Positions 1 through 9,322 of a DNA stretch of 39,641 bases are shown one piece after another (position 1 is the first letter of the stretch; each line of letters opens with the position of its first letter). A program made the position numbers and the translations under genes. This stretch comes from Eubacteriales bacterium (lineage in GTDB: Bacteria; Bacillota; Clostridia; Oscillospirales; CAG-272): NCBI GenBank assembly GCA_045660565.1, contig JAZRDX010000180.1, forward strand, positions 1-39,641, given 5' to 3'. The notes below the pieces were generated by a model. It searched no databases and had not been told where the DNA came from. It saw only the letters and a program-made list of their open reading frames with translations.

Positions 1-798
1 AGGGAGCTTAGGCGGACACGTACAACCCTTCGCAAGAGCGGCGTATGTCTGCTTTACAATCCTATCCTCAAGAGAGTGGAAGGTTATTACGGAAAGCCTT
101 CCCTCGGGTTTTAAAAGCTCGGTGAGATTTCTGACAGTCGGTTCGATTATTTCAAGCTCACCGTTTACCTCTATCCTTACTGCCTGAAAGGTTCTTTTTG
201 CGGGATGTCCGCCGTCCTTTGATGCCGCGGGACCTATGGCTTTTTTAACTATTTCCGCAAGCTCACCGGTTGTTGATATAGGCGTTTTTTCTCTTGCATT
301 TATAATATATGAAACTATTTTCGGAGCAAAGCGCTCTTCTCCGTAGTCTCTCAGTATCTTTATAAGAGCTTCTCTTGAATAACCGTTTATAACGTCAAAT
401 GCGCTTTTTGTGTCGTTTTGGTTCATTCTCATATCAAGCGGAGCATCTTTTATGTAAGAAAAGCCGCGTTCCGCGTTGTCAAGCTGATAGGAGGAAACTC
501 CGAGGTCGATAATGGCGCCGTCAAGCTTTATACCGTCAAGAACCTCTCTTATTTCAGCGAAATTTCGGTTTATAAAGGTTATTTTATCTGCAAAAGGCGC
601 AAGACGCTTTTTAGCAGCCTCTATCGCTTCGGGATCTCTGTCAAAGCAGAAGAGTCTGCCGCTGTCCGATAGCCTTGAAGCTATCTCGTAGCTGTGTCCG
701 CCGCCACCCGTGGTGCAGTCGGCGTAAAAACCGTCGGGTTTTATATTAAGGCCGTCAACGGCTTCCTTAAGCATTACCGGTATATGGGAAAATTCCAT
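1..798 (-). CDS. rsmH: 16S rRNA m4C1402 methyltransferase RsmH (MraW), 3' end runs off the window
   Basis: Not in the ORF track. Manual translation from the ATG at 798 gives MEFSHIPVMLKEAV..DCTTGGGGHS..FDRD..DLGVSSYQLD..RGFSY..PLDMRM..HPAKRTFQAVRIEVN..ITFHSLEDRIVK, all RsmH motifs; the frame is open to position 1. Confidence 0.95.
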   Translation of the reverse strand, partial: MEFSHIPVMLKEAVDGLNIKPDGFYADCTTGGGGHSYEIASRLSDSGRLFCFDRDPEAIEAAKKRLAPFADKITFINRNFAEIREVLDGIKLDGAIIDLGVSSYQLDNAERGFSYIKDAPLDMRMNQNDTKSAFDVINGYSREALIKILRDYGEERFAPKIVSYIINAREKTPISTTGELAEIVKKAIGPAASKDGGHPAKRTFQAVRIEVNGELEIIEPTVRNLTELLKPEGRLSVITFHSLEDRIVKQTYAALAKGCTCPPKLP

Positions 799-926
799 AT
801 TTTTTGTCCTTTCGAGTGGGAAAATAATTGTTTTAAAATTTAGCCTTGATAGGTGTTTGTGAAAACTGTATTGTTGGATTTGTGTGAATGATAGCAATAA
901 AAGTCTCTTGTTTGATTGTTAATGGT

Positions 927-1403
927 TTAAAATGACTTTTTGTCTTCAAAAGCCTTTTTGACACATTCCGGAACGTAGCTGGTTATATCCTCTCCGGAAA
1001 GAAATTTTTCCTTAACAAAGCTTGAGCTTAAATGCTCGATTTCCTTTGACGCGATAAGAAGAAGAGTTTCGGCACCGGGGTAAATCTGCTTATTTACCTT
1101 GTCTATCATTGCTTCATATTCAAAATCGGTAGCGTTACGAACACCCTTGACTATTACGTCAATTCCGTTTTCTTCAACGTATTTGGCAACGTAGCCTTCG
1201 CTGAAGTCAACGGTAACGTTCTTTAAATCCTTTACCGCCTCGGTGAGAAGCTGTACACGGGTGTTTAAATCAAAATAATATTTTTTCTCGGAATTTATGA
1301 ATATACCAACTGTAACACTGTCAAAAAGAGCCGCGGCTCGCGTTATAATATCAAGATGGCCGTTGGTAACCGGATCAAAGCTTCCGCATATAAGTGCCTT
1401 CAT
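927..1403 (-). CDS. coaD: Pantetheine-phosphate adenylyltransferase
   Basis: GSFDPVTNGHLDII (HxGH), KGVRNATDFEYE, HLSSSFVKE. Start at 1403 chosen for the AAAGGA RBS; the track starts at 1412. Confidence 0.95.
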   Translation of the reverse strand: MKALICGSFDPVTNGHLDIITRAAALFDSVTVGIFINSEKKYYFDLNTRVQLLTEAVKDLKNVTVDFSEGYVAKYVEENGIDVIVKGVRNATDFEYEAMIDKVNKQIYPGAETLLLIASKEIEHLSSSFVKEKFLSGEDITSYVPECVKKAFEDKKSF

Positions 1404-1485
1404 TCTTCTCATCCTTTCGGTATAACGATTTAGGTGGGTGTTTCGGTTTTTCGTTTTGAGTTTTTTGTTTCGGGTTTTTGCGGTG

Positions 1486-2037
1486 TTAATTTAAGGTCTT
1501 TTCGTAAACGGTTATATAGGTTCTTCCGTATTTACTGTGCTTTCTTATTGTTAAACCGTTAAATTCGTACGGCGTTTCCTCGTCGCTTTCTGTAATAACC
1601 ACGGCGGCATCGGAAAGAATACCGGCTCGCAGCACACGCTCTATCGCGTCGGCGGTAAGCTTTGCGGCATAAGGTGCGTCGCAGAATACAAGGTCAAACT
1701 TTTCTCCGTTTTTAAGCTGCGTTATTGCCGATTTGTAATCGCTTACAATTACACGTGTGTCCGCGAAAAGCTTTGTTTTTATAGCGTTTTTTCTTATTAT
1801 CTCCGCGGCTTCCTTAGAGGAGTCTACCAAAACGGCGCTTTTTGCGCCTCGGCTTAAAGCTTCAAGAGCCATCTGACCGCTACCCGAAAAGAGGTCAAGA
1901 ACCCGTCTGCCCTCAATTTCGAACTGTATGGTGCTGAAAATAGCTTCCTTTACCTTTTCCGCGGTCGGTCTTGTGGAAAGTCCTTCGAGTGTATCAAGAC
2001 GCACACCGCGAGCCTTTCCGGTTATAATTCTCATCAT
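1486..2037 (-). CDS. rsmD: 16S rRNA m2G966 methyltransferase RsmD
   Basis: MRIITGKARG..TRPT..KEAIF..LDLFSGSGQMALEALSRGA, DAPY motif; the usual rsmD-coaD pair. Confidence 0.95.
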   Translation of the reverse strand: MMRIITGKARGVRLDTLEGLSTRPTAEKVKEAIFSTIQFEIEGRRVLDLFSGSGQMALEALSRGAKSAVLVDSSKEAAEIIRKNAIKTKLFADTRVIVSDYKSAITQLKNGEKFDLVFCDAPYAAKLTADAIERVLRAGILSDAAVVITESDEETPYEFNGLTIRKHSKYGRTYITVYEKTLN

Positions 2038-2153
2038 TGTTTAAATTTCCTTTGGTGAAATATTGTTTGTGTTTATTTTGCAATAGAAAATAATTGTGCT
2101 TTTTGCTATTTAAAGTTAATGGGTGGTTTGCGGTTGCTCAATAACATAGCAAG

Positions 2154-3989
2154 TTATTTTTGCTCACTGTCCGGTGAAAAATATTTTATAATAGAGAGTG
2201 CGTTTGTCTCGGTTATACCTTTAACCGTCATAAGCTCGTCCTTTTCGGCTCCCTTTATTGCGGAGAGCGTTTTAAAATGAGCCATAAGAGCCTTTGCCTT
2301 TGTGGGACCTATGCCCTCTATCTCGGTGAGAGAGGATTTTTTAAGAGTTTTACGTTTAGCTCCCATCATTCTTCCGACGGTGTATCTGTGAACCTCTTCC
2401 TGAAGCTTATATATAAATATGAAAACTTCCTGCTCTCTGGCTATGCTGATTTCAGAAACATCGTCGGTTAAAGCTCTTGTTTTGTGAAACTCGTCCTTTA
2501 CCATTCCGAAAACGGGAATGGTGATATTTTCTTCCTGAAACAGTTTTTTTACCGTGGAAACGTGTCCCTTTCCGCCGTCAAGCAGAATAAGATCGGGGTA
2601 TTTGTCCTCGGGATGATTAAGTCGGCGTTTTATTGCCTCGCGCATAGCGGAGTAGTCGTCCTGCCCGTCCGTTAAGCCGATTTTAAAGGTTCTGTACGCG
2701 CTTTTGTTAAGTCTCCCGTTTTCGGAGGAGATTTTTCCCGCCGTAATATTGTCCGAGCCGATATTGGAAATATCATAGGCTTCTATAAGCTCGGGCACAA
2801 CCTCAAGTGAAAGAAGCTCCGCAAGACGAATCGCGACCTTGTCGTGTTTTTCCGCGGACTGAACGAACCGCTTTGCCGCCTCCGCCGCGTTTTCCTTAAC
2901 CATAAGGCAGAGCTTTTTAAGGTCTCCCTTTTCGGGACAGCGTACCTTTACCTTGGTTTTACACTCGCTTTCAAGGTATTCGGTAAAGTCCTCGAGATTT
3001 TCCTCGGAGGGGGTGTAGTCAAGCAGTATTTCCCGGGGAATAAACTCCCTTTTGTTGTAAAAATCACATAGAAACGCTATTATATCTCCGTCCTCGGCAA
3101 GCTGCTCGGAGGGGAAAACGGTGTTTTCCGTGTCGGTGATGCTTCCGTCTCTTATAAAAAATACCGAAACCGATGTGGAAAGGTCGTCTCTGTAAATAGC
3201 GATAACGTCCTTTTCATCTCCGGGAAAGGTAACCGCCTTTTGCTTTTGACGGCAGGCTTCAAGCGTCTGTATTCTGTCTCTGTATTTTGCCGCGGCTTCG
3301 AAATTAAGCTCCTCGGCAGCTTTTAACATTTTTTCTTCAAGGTCATTTTTGACGTCGGAATACGAGCCTCTTAAAAATGCCGCCGCCTTTTTGCACCGCT
3401 CTGTGTACTGCTCGGCGCTTATGCTTCTGTCGCAGGGCGCGGAACAATGTCCTATATGCTTATAGATGCAGGGGCGTTCTTTACCTATATCCTCGGGAAA
3501 GCGTCTGTTACACGACGCAAGCCCGAACGCTTTTTCCGCTGTTTTTAAAAGCGAGACGGCAACCGAGGCACCGCTGTACGGCCCGAAATATTTTGCGCCG
3601 TCGTCCATTCTTTTTCTTGTAAAGGTCAGACGCGGATAAGGCTTATTCAAGGTCAGCTTTAAATAAGGATAGGACTTTCCGTCCTTAAGCTTTATATTGA
3701 ATTTCGGCTTATGAAGCTTTATAAGTCGGTTTTCAAGAGCCAGCGCCTCTATATTCGTATCCGTAAGAATATAATCAAAGTCGTGTACAAGGCTTACCAT
3801 TTTCGCGGTTTTTACGCTGTGGCTTTTAAGGTCGGTAAAATACGAGGAAACCCTGTTTTTCATAGCCTTTGACTTTCCTACGTATATTATTTTTCCGCTC
3901 TTGTCCTTCATTAAATAAACACCGGGAGTAAGCGGCAGAGTGTTTGCCTTTTGTCTTAAATCGTGAATAAGTTTTTCGTTAAATTCCAT
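2154..3989 (-). CDS. uvrC: Excinuclease ABC subunit C
   Basis: GIY-YIG domain (PGVY..IIYVGKSK), Cys cluster, FEAAAKYRD UVR domain, YDISN and LLDGGKGH RNase H-like domain, C-terminal HhH (GIGP). Confidence 0.97.
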   Translation of the reverse strand: MEFNEKLIHDLRQKANTLPLTPGVYLMKDKSGKIIYVGKSKAMKNRVSSYFTDLKSHSVKTAKMVSLVHDFDYILTDTNIEALALENRLIKLHKPKFNIKLKDGKSYPYLKLTLNKPYPRLTFTRKRMDDGAKYFGPYSGASVAVSLLKTAEKAFGLASCNRRFPEDIGKERPCIYKHIGHCSAPCDRSISAEQYTERCKKAAAFLRGSYSDVKNDLEEKMLKAAEELNFEAAAKYRDRIQTLEACRQKQKAVTFPGDEKDVIAIYRDDLSTSVSVFFIRDGSITDTENTVFPSEQLAEDGDIIAFLCDFYNKREFIPREILLDYTPSEENLEDFTEYLESECKTKVKVRCPEKGDLKKLCLMVKENAAEAAKRFVQSAEKHDKVAIRLAELLSLEVVPELIEAYDISNIGSDNITAGKISSENGRLNKSAYRTFKIGLTDGQDDYSAMREAIKRRLNHPEDKYPDLILLDGGKGHVSTVKKLFQEENITIPVFGMVKDEFHKTRALTDDVSEISIAREQEVFIFIYKLQEEVHRYTVGRMMGAKRKTLKKSSLTEIEGIGPTKAKALMAHFKTLSAIKGAEKDELMTVKGITETNALSIIKYFSPDSEQK

Positions 3990-4006
3990 AGTGTGTTTAA
4001 ATAAAT

Positions 4007-4043
4007 GGAAAAAGCAGACTAAGACGTTGTCTAAGCCTGCTTG
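4007..4043 (-). terminator. Probable intrinsic terminator after the HPr-family gene
   Basis: Minus strand AAGCAGGCTTAGAC-AAC-GTCTTAGTCTGCTT followed by a T run. Confidence 0.55.
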
Positions 4044-4075
4044 ATGTTTTCATTATAGTATAAAAATTTGGAGGC

Positions 4076-4336
4076 TTAGTTTGCGAAGCCGTTCTGAATC
4101 ATATCAACAATGCCTTCGATAGCGTCTTTTTCGTCGCTGCCTTCGGCTCTGAGGACTATTTTCATATCCTTTTTAACTCCGAGAGAAATAACTCCAAGAA
4201 GACTTTTGGCGTTTACCTTGCGTCCTTCAGTTTCGATCCAGATAGAGCTTTTATACATATTTGCTTTCTGTACGAGATGGGGAGCGTTGCTCGCGTTAAG
4301 TCCGTAAACGTTTGTGATTGTAAGTTCGCATACCAT
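4076..4336 (-). CDS. HPr-family protein lacking His15 (Crh-like), 86 aa
   Basis: ATG 4336 with GGAGGT RBS. VNAKSLLGVISLG (Ser46 motif) and AEGSDE are intact, but GLHARP is replaced by GLNASN. Confidence 0.88.
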   Translation of the reverse strand: MVCELTITNVYGLNASNAPHLVQKANMYKSSIWIETEGRKVNAKSLLGVISLGVKKDMKIVLRAEGSDEKDAIEGIVDMIQNGFAN

Positions 4337-4414
4337 AGGGATACCTCCGCGCGTTACCTTGCGCATTTTTTCTTTTTCGTTTTTGTATTTAAAGGGGTAC
4401 AAGTGTATATAACA

Positions 4415-4443
4415 ATTATATCAAATCGGAAATGAAAAATCAA
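4415..4443 (-). promoter_or_regulatory. Sigma-A promoter for the HPr-family gene
   Basis: Minus strand TTGATT-17 nt-TATAAT. Confidence 0.65.
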
Positions 4444-4628
4444 GTCATTTGCCGAAAAAATAAAATAATTGTTGCTTTTGTATAAAGATTTCGGTTTTAT
4501 TGCTGTTGAATATATGAATAGTATGGTAAAAACGGTTACTGTTTAAAAGTTTGCCGAAAACAGGTTGTTGACGCAAAAAAACACTGTAAAGCATATTAAA
4601 AAAATATAAAAAATATGCACGTACTTAC

Positions 4629-4657
4629 TTGACAAAACGGTATGCTTATGTTATAAT
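4629..4657 (+). promoter_or_regulatory. Consensus sigma-A promoter of the T-box/paaK operon
   Basis: TTGACA (4629-4634), 17 nt, TATAAT (4652-4657), with an extended -10 TG. Confidence 0.88.
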
Positions 4658-4663
4658 AAAATA

Positions 4664-4959
4664 AATGCGTGAGAGCAAAGCGAGTAGCGTTATGTACTTA
4701 ACACAGAGAGCCGCCGTAAGGTGAAAGGGCGGAATAAGGAAAAACGTGAAGTTCTCTTTGCGAGCAGAGGCTTGGAAGCTTAGGTAAGTGTGTAAGAGCC
4801 TTCGGGAACTCCCGTTACAGAGAAACGGTATTTATTGTACCGATAAGGGCGTTTTCGTGAGAAAGCGCTAAACTGAGGTGGTACCACGGGGTATTTTTGT
4901 ATTTCGTCCTCTGTATCAAACGGCATAAGTGCCGACGGATTACAGAGGCTTTTCTTTTT
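4664..4959 (+). ncRNA. T-box riboswitch leader (transcriptional attenuator)
   Basis: Stem I with AGTA (4683), AGAGAG, GGTGAAA and GAA-GTTC specifier loop; CCGTTA/AACGG pseudoknot; T-box AACTGAGGTGGTACCACG (4871-4888); terminator CCTCTGTATC..GATTACAGAGG plus U tract. Confidence 0.93.
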
Positions 4960-5031
4960 CCGTTACGCACGTCTGCTGTAATCATATTAACGGATAAGAT
5001 TTTATCCTAGTACTGAAAGGATGCGCGAGAA

Positions 5032-6375
5032 ATGCGCAAATGGACTGCTGAAATGAAAGCACCGAAAACACACAACATTCTGTCGCCCGAATACGAATGT
5101 ATGTCGAGAGAGGCTCTGCGTGAGCTTCAGGGCAAGAGACTTCGCGAGGTGGTTAAGAGAGAGTACGACAACGTTCCTCTTTACCGTCAGCGTATGGATG
5201 AAAAGGGCATTAAGCCAGAGGATATAAAGAGCGTTGATGACCTCCGCTATCTGCCTTTTACAAATAAAACCGATCTTCGAGACGAATTTCCCTTTGGACT
5301 TCTTGCCGCTCCGAAAAGCGAGATAGTTAGAATCCAGGGCTCGTCGGGTACTACGGGAAAGCCTATCGTTTCCGGTTATACTCAGAACGACGTTGACGTA
5401 TGGACTGAAATGGTAGCCAGAGCTCTTACCGCCGCGGGCGGAACCAAAGAGGATATTATTCAGGTTTGCTACGGCTACGGACTGTTCACAGGCGGTCTTG
5501 GCGTACATCAGGGCGCAGGTAGGCTCGGAATGATGACTATACCTATGTCGAGCGGAAACACGGCGCGTCAGATAATGATGATGCGCGAGCTTGGCGCTAC
5601 CATGCTTTGCTGTACACCCTCTTACGCTACATATCTCGGTGAAACCATAAGAGAAATGGGACTTGATCCGAAAAAGGATTTAAAGCTTAAATCCGGATGC
5701 TTCGGTGCCGAGCCTTGGTCGGAGGAAATGCGCGCGAAGATAGAAGAGCTTCTTGAGATTGATGCCTGCGACATTTACGGTCTTACCGAAATAGCAGGTC
5801 CCGGCGTTGCGTTTGAGTGTCTTGAAAAGAACGGAATGCACGTAAACGAGGACCACGTAATTCCCGAAATTATCGATCCCGTTACAGAAGAGCCGCTTCC
5901 GTACGGAACGACCGGAGAGCTTGTATTTACCACGATAACCAAACAGGGTATGCCGATGCTCCGTTACCGTACGCACGACCTCTGCGTTCTTGACGCTACA
6001 CCCTGCGCGTGCGGAAGAACGACGGTAAGAATGGGAAGAATTACCGGAAGAACCGACGATATGATGGTTATTCGCGGCGTAAACGTTTTCCCGAGCCAGA
6101 TTGAATCTGTTATCGTTTCGGTTAAGGGCGTCGCTCCGTTCTATATGCTTATAGTTGACAGAGTAAACTCCACCGATACGCTTGAAATCCAGGTAGAGCT
6201 TGACGGTGAAAGCTTCACCGATACCGTTTCCGACCTTGAAAAAATCCGCAACGAGATAAGCGAAAAGATTAAGTCGGTTGTCGGTATTTCGGCAAAAATC
6301 ACTCTTGTTAACGCAAAATCCCTTCCTCGCTCCGAGGGAAAGGCAAAGCGCGTAATAGATAACCGCAAAATATAA
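5032..6375 (+). CDS. paaK: Phenylacetate--CoA ligase family protein
   Basis: SSGTTGKP P-loop, YGYGLFTGGLG, FGAEPWSEEMR, IYGLTE, RYRTHD, GRTDDMMVIRGVNVFPSQIE, GKAKRVID. Confidence 0.9.
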   Translation: MRKWTAEMKAPKTHNILSPEYECMSREALRELQGKRLREVVKREYDNVPLYRQRMDEKGIKPEDIKSVDDLRYLPFTNKTDLRDEFPFGLLAAPKSEIVRIQGSSGTTGKPIVSGYTQNDVDVWTEMVARALTAAGGTKEDIIQVCYGYGLFTGGLGVHQGAGRLGMMTIPMSSGNTARQIMMMRELGATMLCCTPSYATYLGETIREMGLDPKKDLKLKSGCFGAEPWSEEMRAKIEELLEIDACDIYGLTEIAGPGVAFECLEKNGMHVNEDHVIPEIIDPVTEEPLPYGTTGELVFTTITKQGMPMLRYRTHDLCVLDATPCACGRTTVRMGRITGRTDDMMVIRGVNVFPSQIESVIVSVKGVAPFYMLIVDRVNSTDTLEIQVELDGESFTDTVSDLEKIRNEISEKIKSVVGISAKITLVNAKSLPRSEGKAKRVIDNRKI

Positions 6376-6477
6376 GACGTCGGAAGGGTTGGCTGAAAAA
6401 AACGGTCAACGGAACGGCGGATATATTCAAAAGTGTTAATTTAATTTATTTTTCCACAGTCAGAAAGGAATATAAAA

Positions 6478-8208
6478 ATGAAAAAACTCCTTATAGGAAA
6501 CGAGGCGGTTGCCAGAGGTCTTTACGAGGGTGGAATAAACGTTGTTTCCAGCTACCCCGGAACACCTTCAACCGAAATCACGGAATTTTTATCAAAGTAT
6601 AACGACATTCATTCGGAATGGGCGCCCAACGAAAAGGTTGCTATGGAGGTCGCGTTCGGCGCGTCTCTCGCAGGTGCGCGTTCCGCGTGCGCTATGAAGC
6701 ACGTAGGTCTTAACGTGGCGGCGGACCCGCTGTTTACGCTTTCTTATACCGGTGTTACCGGAGGACTTGTAATCTGCGTCGCGGACGATCCCGCTATGCA
6801 TTCGTCTCAGAACGAGCAGGATTCCCGTCATTACGCCATTGCGGCTAAGATACCGATGCTTGAGCCTGCCGACTCTGAGGAAAGCTACCGCTTCGCAAAG
6901 GAAGCGTTCGCTCTTTCCGAGAAATTCGATACCCCGGTTCTTCTCCGTATGTGTACAAGAGTTGCTCACTCACAGAGTATAGTAGACATAGGCGAGCGCG
7001 AGGAGACACCGATAAAGGAATACGTTAAAAACGGAGCAAAGTACATAATGATGCCCGGTAACGCAAAGCTCCGCCACCCCATAGTTGAAAAGCGTACCGA
7101 GGATATTGCCCTTTATTCGGAGGATTGTCCTTTTAACAAGGTTGAAATGGGCGGAACGGATATAGGTATTATTACCTCGGGTAGCTGCTACCAGTACGTA
7201 AAGGAAGCTCTCGGAGATACGGTAAGCGTTCTTAAGCTCGGTATCGTTAATCCGCTTCCGAAAAAGCTTATTACTGACTTTGCCGCTAAGGTAAAGAGAC
7301 TCATCGTTATCGAGGAGCTTGACGGAATTATCGAAACTCACTGTAAGAATCTCGGACTTACCGTTGAGGGTAAGAGCCTTTTCTCACCGATCGGCGAGTA
7401 CAATCAGGCAACCGTTTCCGAGGTTATTCTCGGAAAAAAGAACGAGACTGTAAAGGTTTCCTCGGACATTCCGGTACGTCCTCCCATGATGTGCGCAGGC
7501 TGCCCTCACAGAGGTCTTTACTATGCGCTCGTTAAGAATAAGGTAACCGTTCTCGGAGACATCGGCTGCTATACGCTCGGCGCTGTTGCGCCCCTTGCCG
7601 CGCTTGACTCAACCCTCTGCATGGGTGCGTCTGTTTCCGGACTTCACGGCTTTAACATAGCCGACGGCGGAAAGCACAAGACAGCTTGTGTTATAGGCGA
7701 CTCCACCTTTATGCATTCGGGTGTTACAGGTCTTATCAACATAGCGTATAACGCAACAAACTCCACCGTAATCATACTTGATAACTCTATAACGGGTATG
7801 ACCGGACATCAGCAGAACCCCACTACGGGATATAACATCAAGGGCGAGCCCGCCGCTAAGGTAAATCTTGAGGACCTCTGCCGTTCGATAGGTATAAGAC
7901 GCGTAAGAGTAGTCGATCCCTACAATATTGCCGAATGCGACAAGGCGATAAAGGAGGAGACCGCGGTAGAGGAGCCTTCCGTTATCATTTCGAGACGCCC
8001 CTGCGTTCTTCTTAAGAGCGTAAAGGCAAAATCTCCCGTAACGGTTAATCCCGATAAGTGTAAGAGCTGCCGCAAGTGCATGACGCTCGGCTGTCCCGCA
8101 ATTTCGTTTAAGAACGGTAAGGCTGTAATCGACCACGTTCTCTGCGTTGGCTGCGACGTATGTAAGCAGCTTTGCGCCTTCGGAGCAATAGAAAGCGAGG
8201 AAAGATAA
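6478..8208 (+). CDS. iorA: Indolepyruvate (aryl-pyruvate):ferredoxin oxidoreductase alpha subunit
   Basis: YPGTPSTE, NEKVA, SSQNEQD, CAGCPHR, GDIGC, TPP motif GDSTFMHSG..DN, C-terminal 2x[4Fe-4S] Cys motifs. Confidence 0.93.
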   Translation: MKKLLIGNEAVARGLYEGGINVVSSYPGTPSTEITEFLSKYNDIHSEWAPNEKVAMEVAFGASLAGARSACAMKHVGLNVAADPLFTLSYTGVTGGLVICVADDPAMHSSQNEQDSRHYAIAAKIPMLEPADSEESYRFAKEAFALSEKFDTPVLLRMCTRVAHSQSIVDIGEREETPIKEYVKNGAKYIMMPGNAKLRHPIVEKRTEDIALYSEDCPFNKVEMGGTDIGIITSGSCYQYVKEALGDTVSVLKLGIVNPLPKKLITDFAAKVKRLIVIEELDGIIETHCKNLGLTVEGKSLFSPIGEYNQATVSEVILGKKNETVKVSSDIPVRPPMMCAGCPHRGLYYALVKNKVTVLGDIGCYTLGAVAPLAALDSTLCMGASVSGLHGFNIADGGKHKTACVIGDSTFMHSGVTGLINIAYNATNSTVIILDNSITGMTGHQQNPTTGYNIKGEPAAKVNLEDLCRSIGIRRVRVVDPYNIAECDKAIKEETAVEEPSVIISRRPCVLLKSVKAKSPVTVNPDKCKSCRKCMTLGCPAISFKNGKAVIDHVLCVGCDVCKQLCAFGAIESEER

Positions 8209-8783
8209 TGATGAAAACCACGAGTATAATGATAGTGGGAGTAGGCGGACAGGGAACCCTGCTCGCAAGTAAGCTCCTTGGAAAGCTCCTTCTCGGCGAA
8301 GGATATGACGTAAAGGTTTCCGAGGTACACGGAATGAGCCAGAGAGGCGGCTCCGTTGTAACCTACGTAAGATACGGAGATAAGGTTTATTCTCCCGTTA
8401 TAACCGACGGCGAGGCTGACTTTATCATTTCCTTTGAAAAGCTTGAGGCGGCGCGTTACATCTCCTGTCTTAAAAAGGACGGAAAGGTAATTGCCAACAA
8501 TCAGCAGACCGATCCCATGCCGGTAATTATAGGAAAGGCGGAGTATCCTACGGGAGTTCTTGATGAGATCAAAGCGCTCGGAGTATACGTTGACGAGCTT
8601 GACGCTCTTTCTCTTGCCGAAAAGGCGGGAAGCGCTAAGGCGGTTAACATCGTGCTTATGGGCAGACTTGCAAAGTATCTCGATATAGAAAAGGAAAAGT
8701 GGCTTAAGGCTATTGAGGTATCGGTTCCCGAAAAGTTTAAGGAGCTTAACTTAAAGGCGTTTGAGCTTGGCTACAATTTTTAA
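8208..8783 (+). CDS. iorB: Indolepyruvate:ferredoxin oxidoreductase beta subunit
   Basis: GVGGQG, SEVHGMSQRGGSV, NLKAFELG; the start overlaps the iorA stop (TAATG). Confidence 0.93.
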   Translation: MMKTTSIMIVGVGGQGTLLASKLLGKLLLGEGYDVKVSEVHGMSQRGGSVVTYVRYGDKVYSPVITDGEADFIISFEKLEAARYISCLKKDGKVIANNQQTDPMPVIIGKAEYPTGVLDEIKALGVYVDELDALSLAEKAGSAKAVNIVLMGRLAKYLDIEKEKWLKAIEVSVPEKFKELNLKAFELGYNF

Positions 8784-8866
8784 CAGATGTTAAAACGCGC
8801 CGTACGGGTGCGGATTAAAACATATATCTTTACTTTGAAAACGCTTTGAAAGAGAGGTAAAAAACA

Positions 8867-9292
8867 ATGACAGTACGTCAGATTTCTGTATTTATAGAAA
8901 ATAAGCCGGGTATGATGGTTAAAATAACCGACGCTCTCGGAAATGCGGGAGTAGATATAAGAGCTTTGTCTCTTGCAGATACTCAGGATTTCGGAATACT
9001 CCGTCTTATTGTAAACGATACTGACAAAGCGAGAGAGGCACTCAAGGAGGTAGGCTGTATAACCTCGGTTACCGACGTTATAGTAGCGGAGCTTCCCGAC
9101 GTTCCCGGAGCTATGACCAACACGGTAAGAATTCTTGCCGACCACGGAATAAACATCGAATACATTTATGCCTTTGTTTCACCGGAAAAAAATAAAAAAG
9201 CGTATATTGTTTTCAGAATCAAGGATACGGAAAAGGCGTCCGAGGTTCTTATCGGAGAGGGAATCATACTTGCCGGAGAGGGCGTAATTTAA
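8867..9292 (+). CDS. Tandem ACT-domain protein (Bt0572-like, amino acid binding)
   Basis: QISVFIENKPG, IRALSLADTQDFGILRLIV, PDVPG, INIEYIYAF; this family usually accompanies paaK/iorAB. Confidence 0.88.
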   Translation: MTVRQISVFIENKPGMMVKITDALGNAGVDIRALSLADTQDFGILRLIVNDTDKAREALKEVGCITSVTDVIVAELPDVPGAMTNTVRILADHGINIEYIYAFVSPEKNKKAYIVFRIKDTEKASEVLIGEGIILAGEGVI

Positions 9293-9322
9293 TTACCGTA
9301 CGCAGTTAGATATTCATATAAT

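Noticed and set aside
418-672. 84-aa plus-strand ORF and the many other antisense or overlapping ORFs in the track
   Set aside because: They lie opposite or within well-supported genes (here rsmH) and show no recognisable motifs.
1420-1485. G/T-rich low-complexity tract between rsmD and coaD
   Set aside because: No regular period or pairing; looks like an unstructured A/C-rich spacer on the coding strand.
4337-4402. N-terminal extensions in the ORF track (HPr-like; also iorB, tsf, hisD, hisH)
   Set aside because: Downstream ATGs have proper RBSs or stop-start coupling and match the family N-termini.
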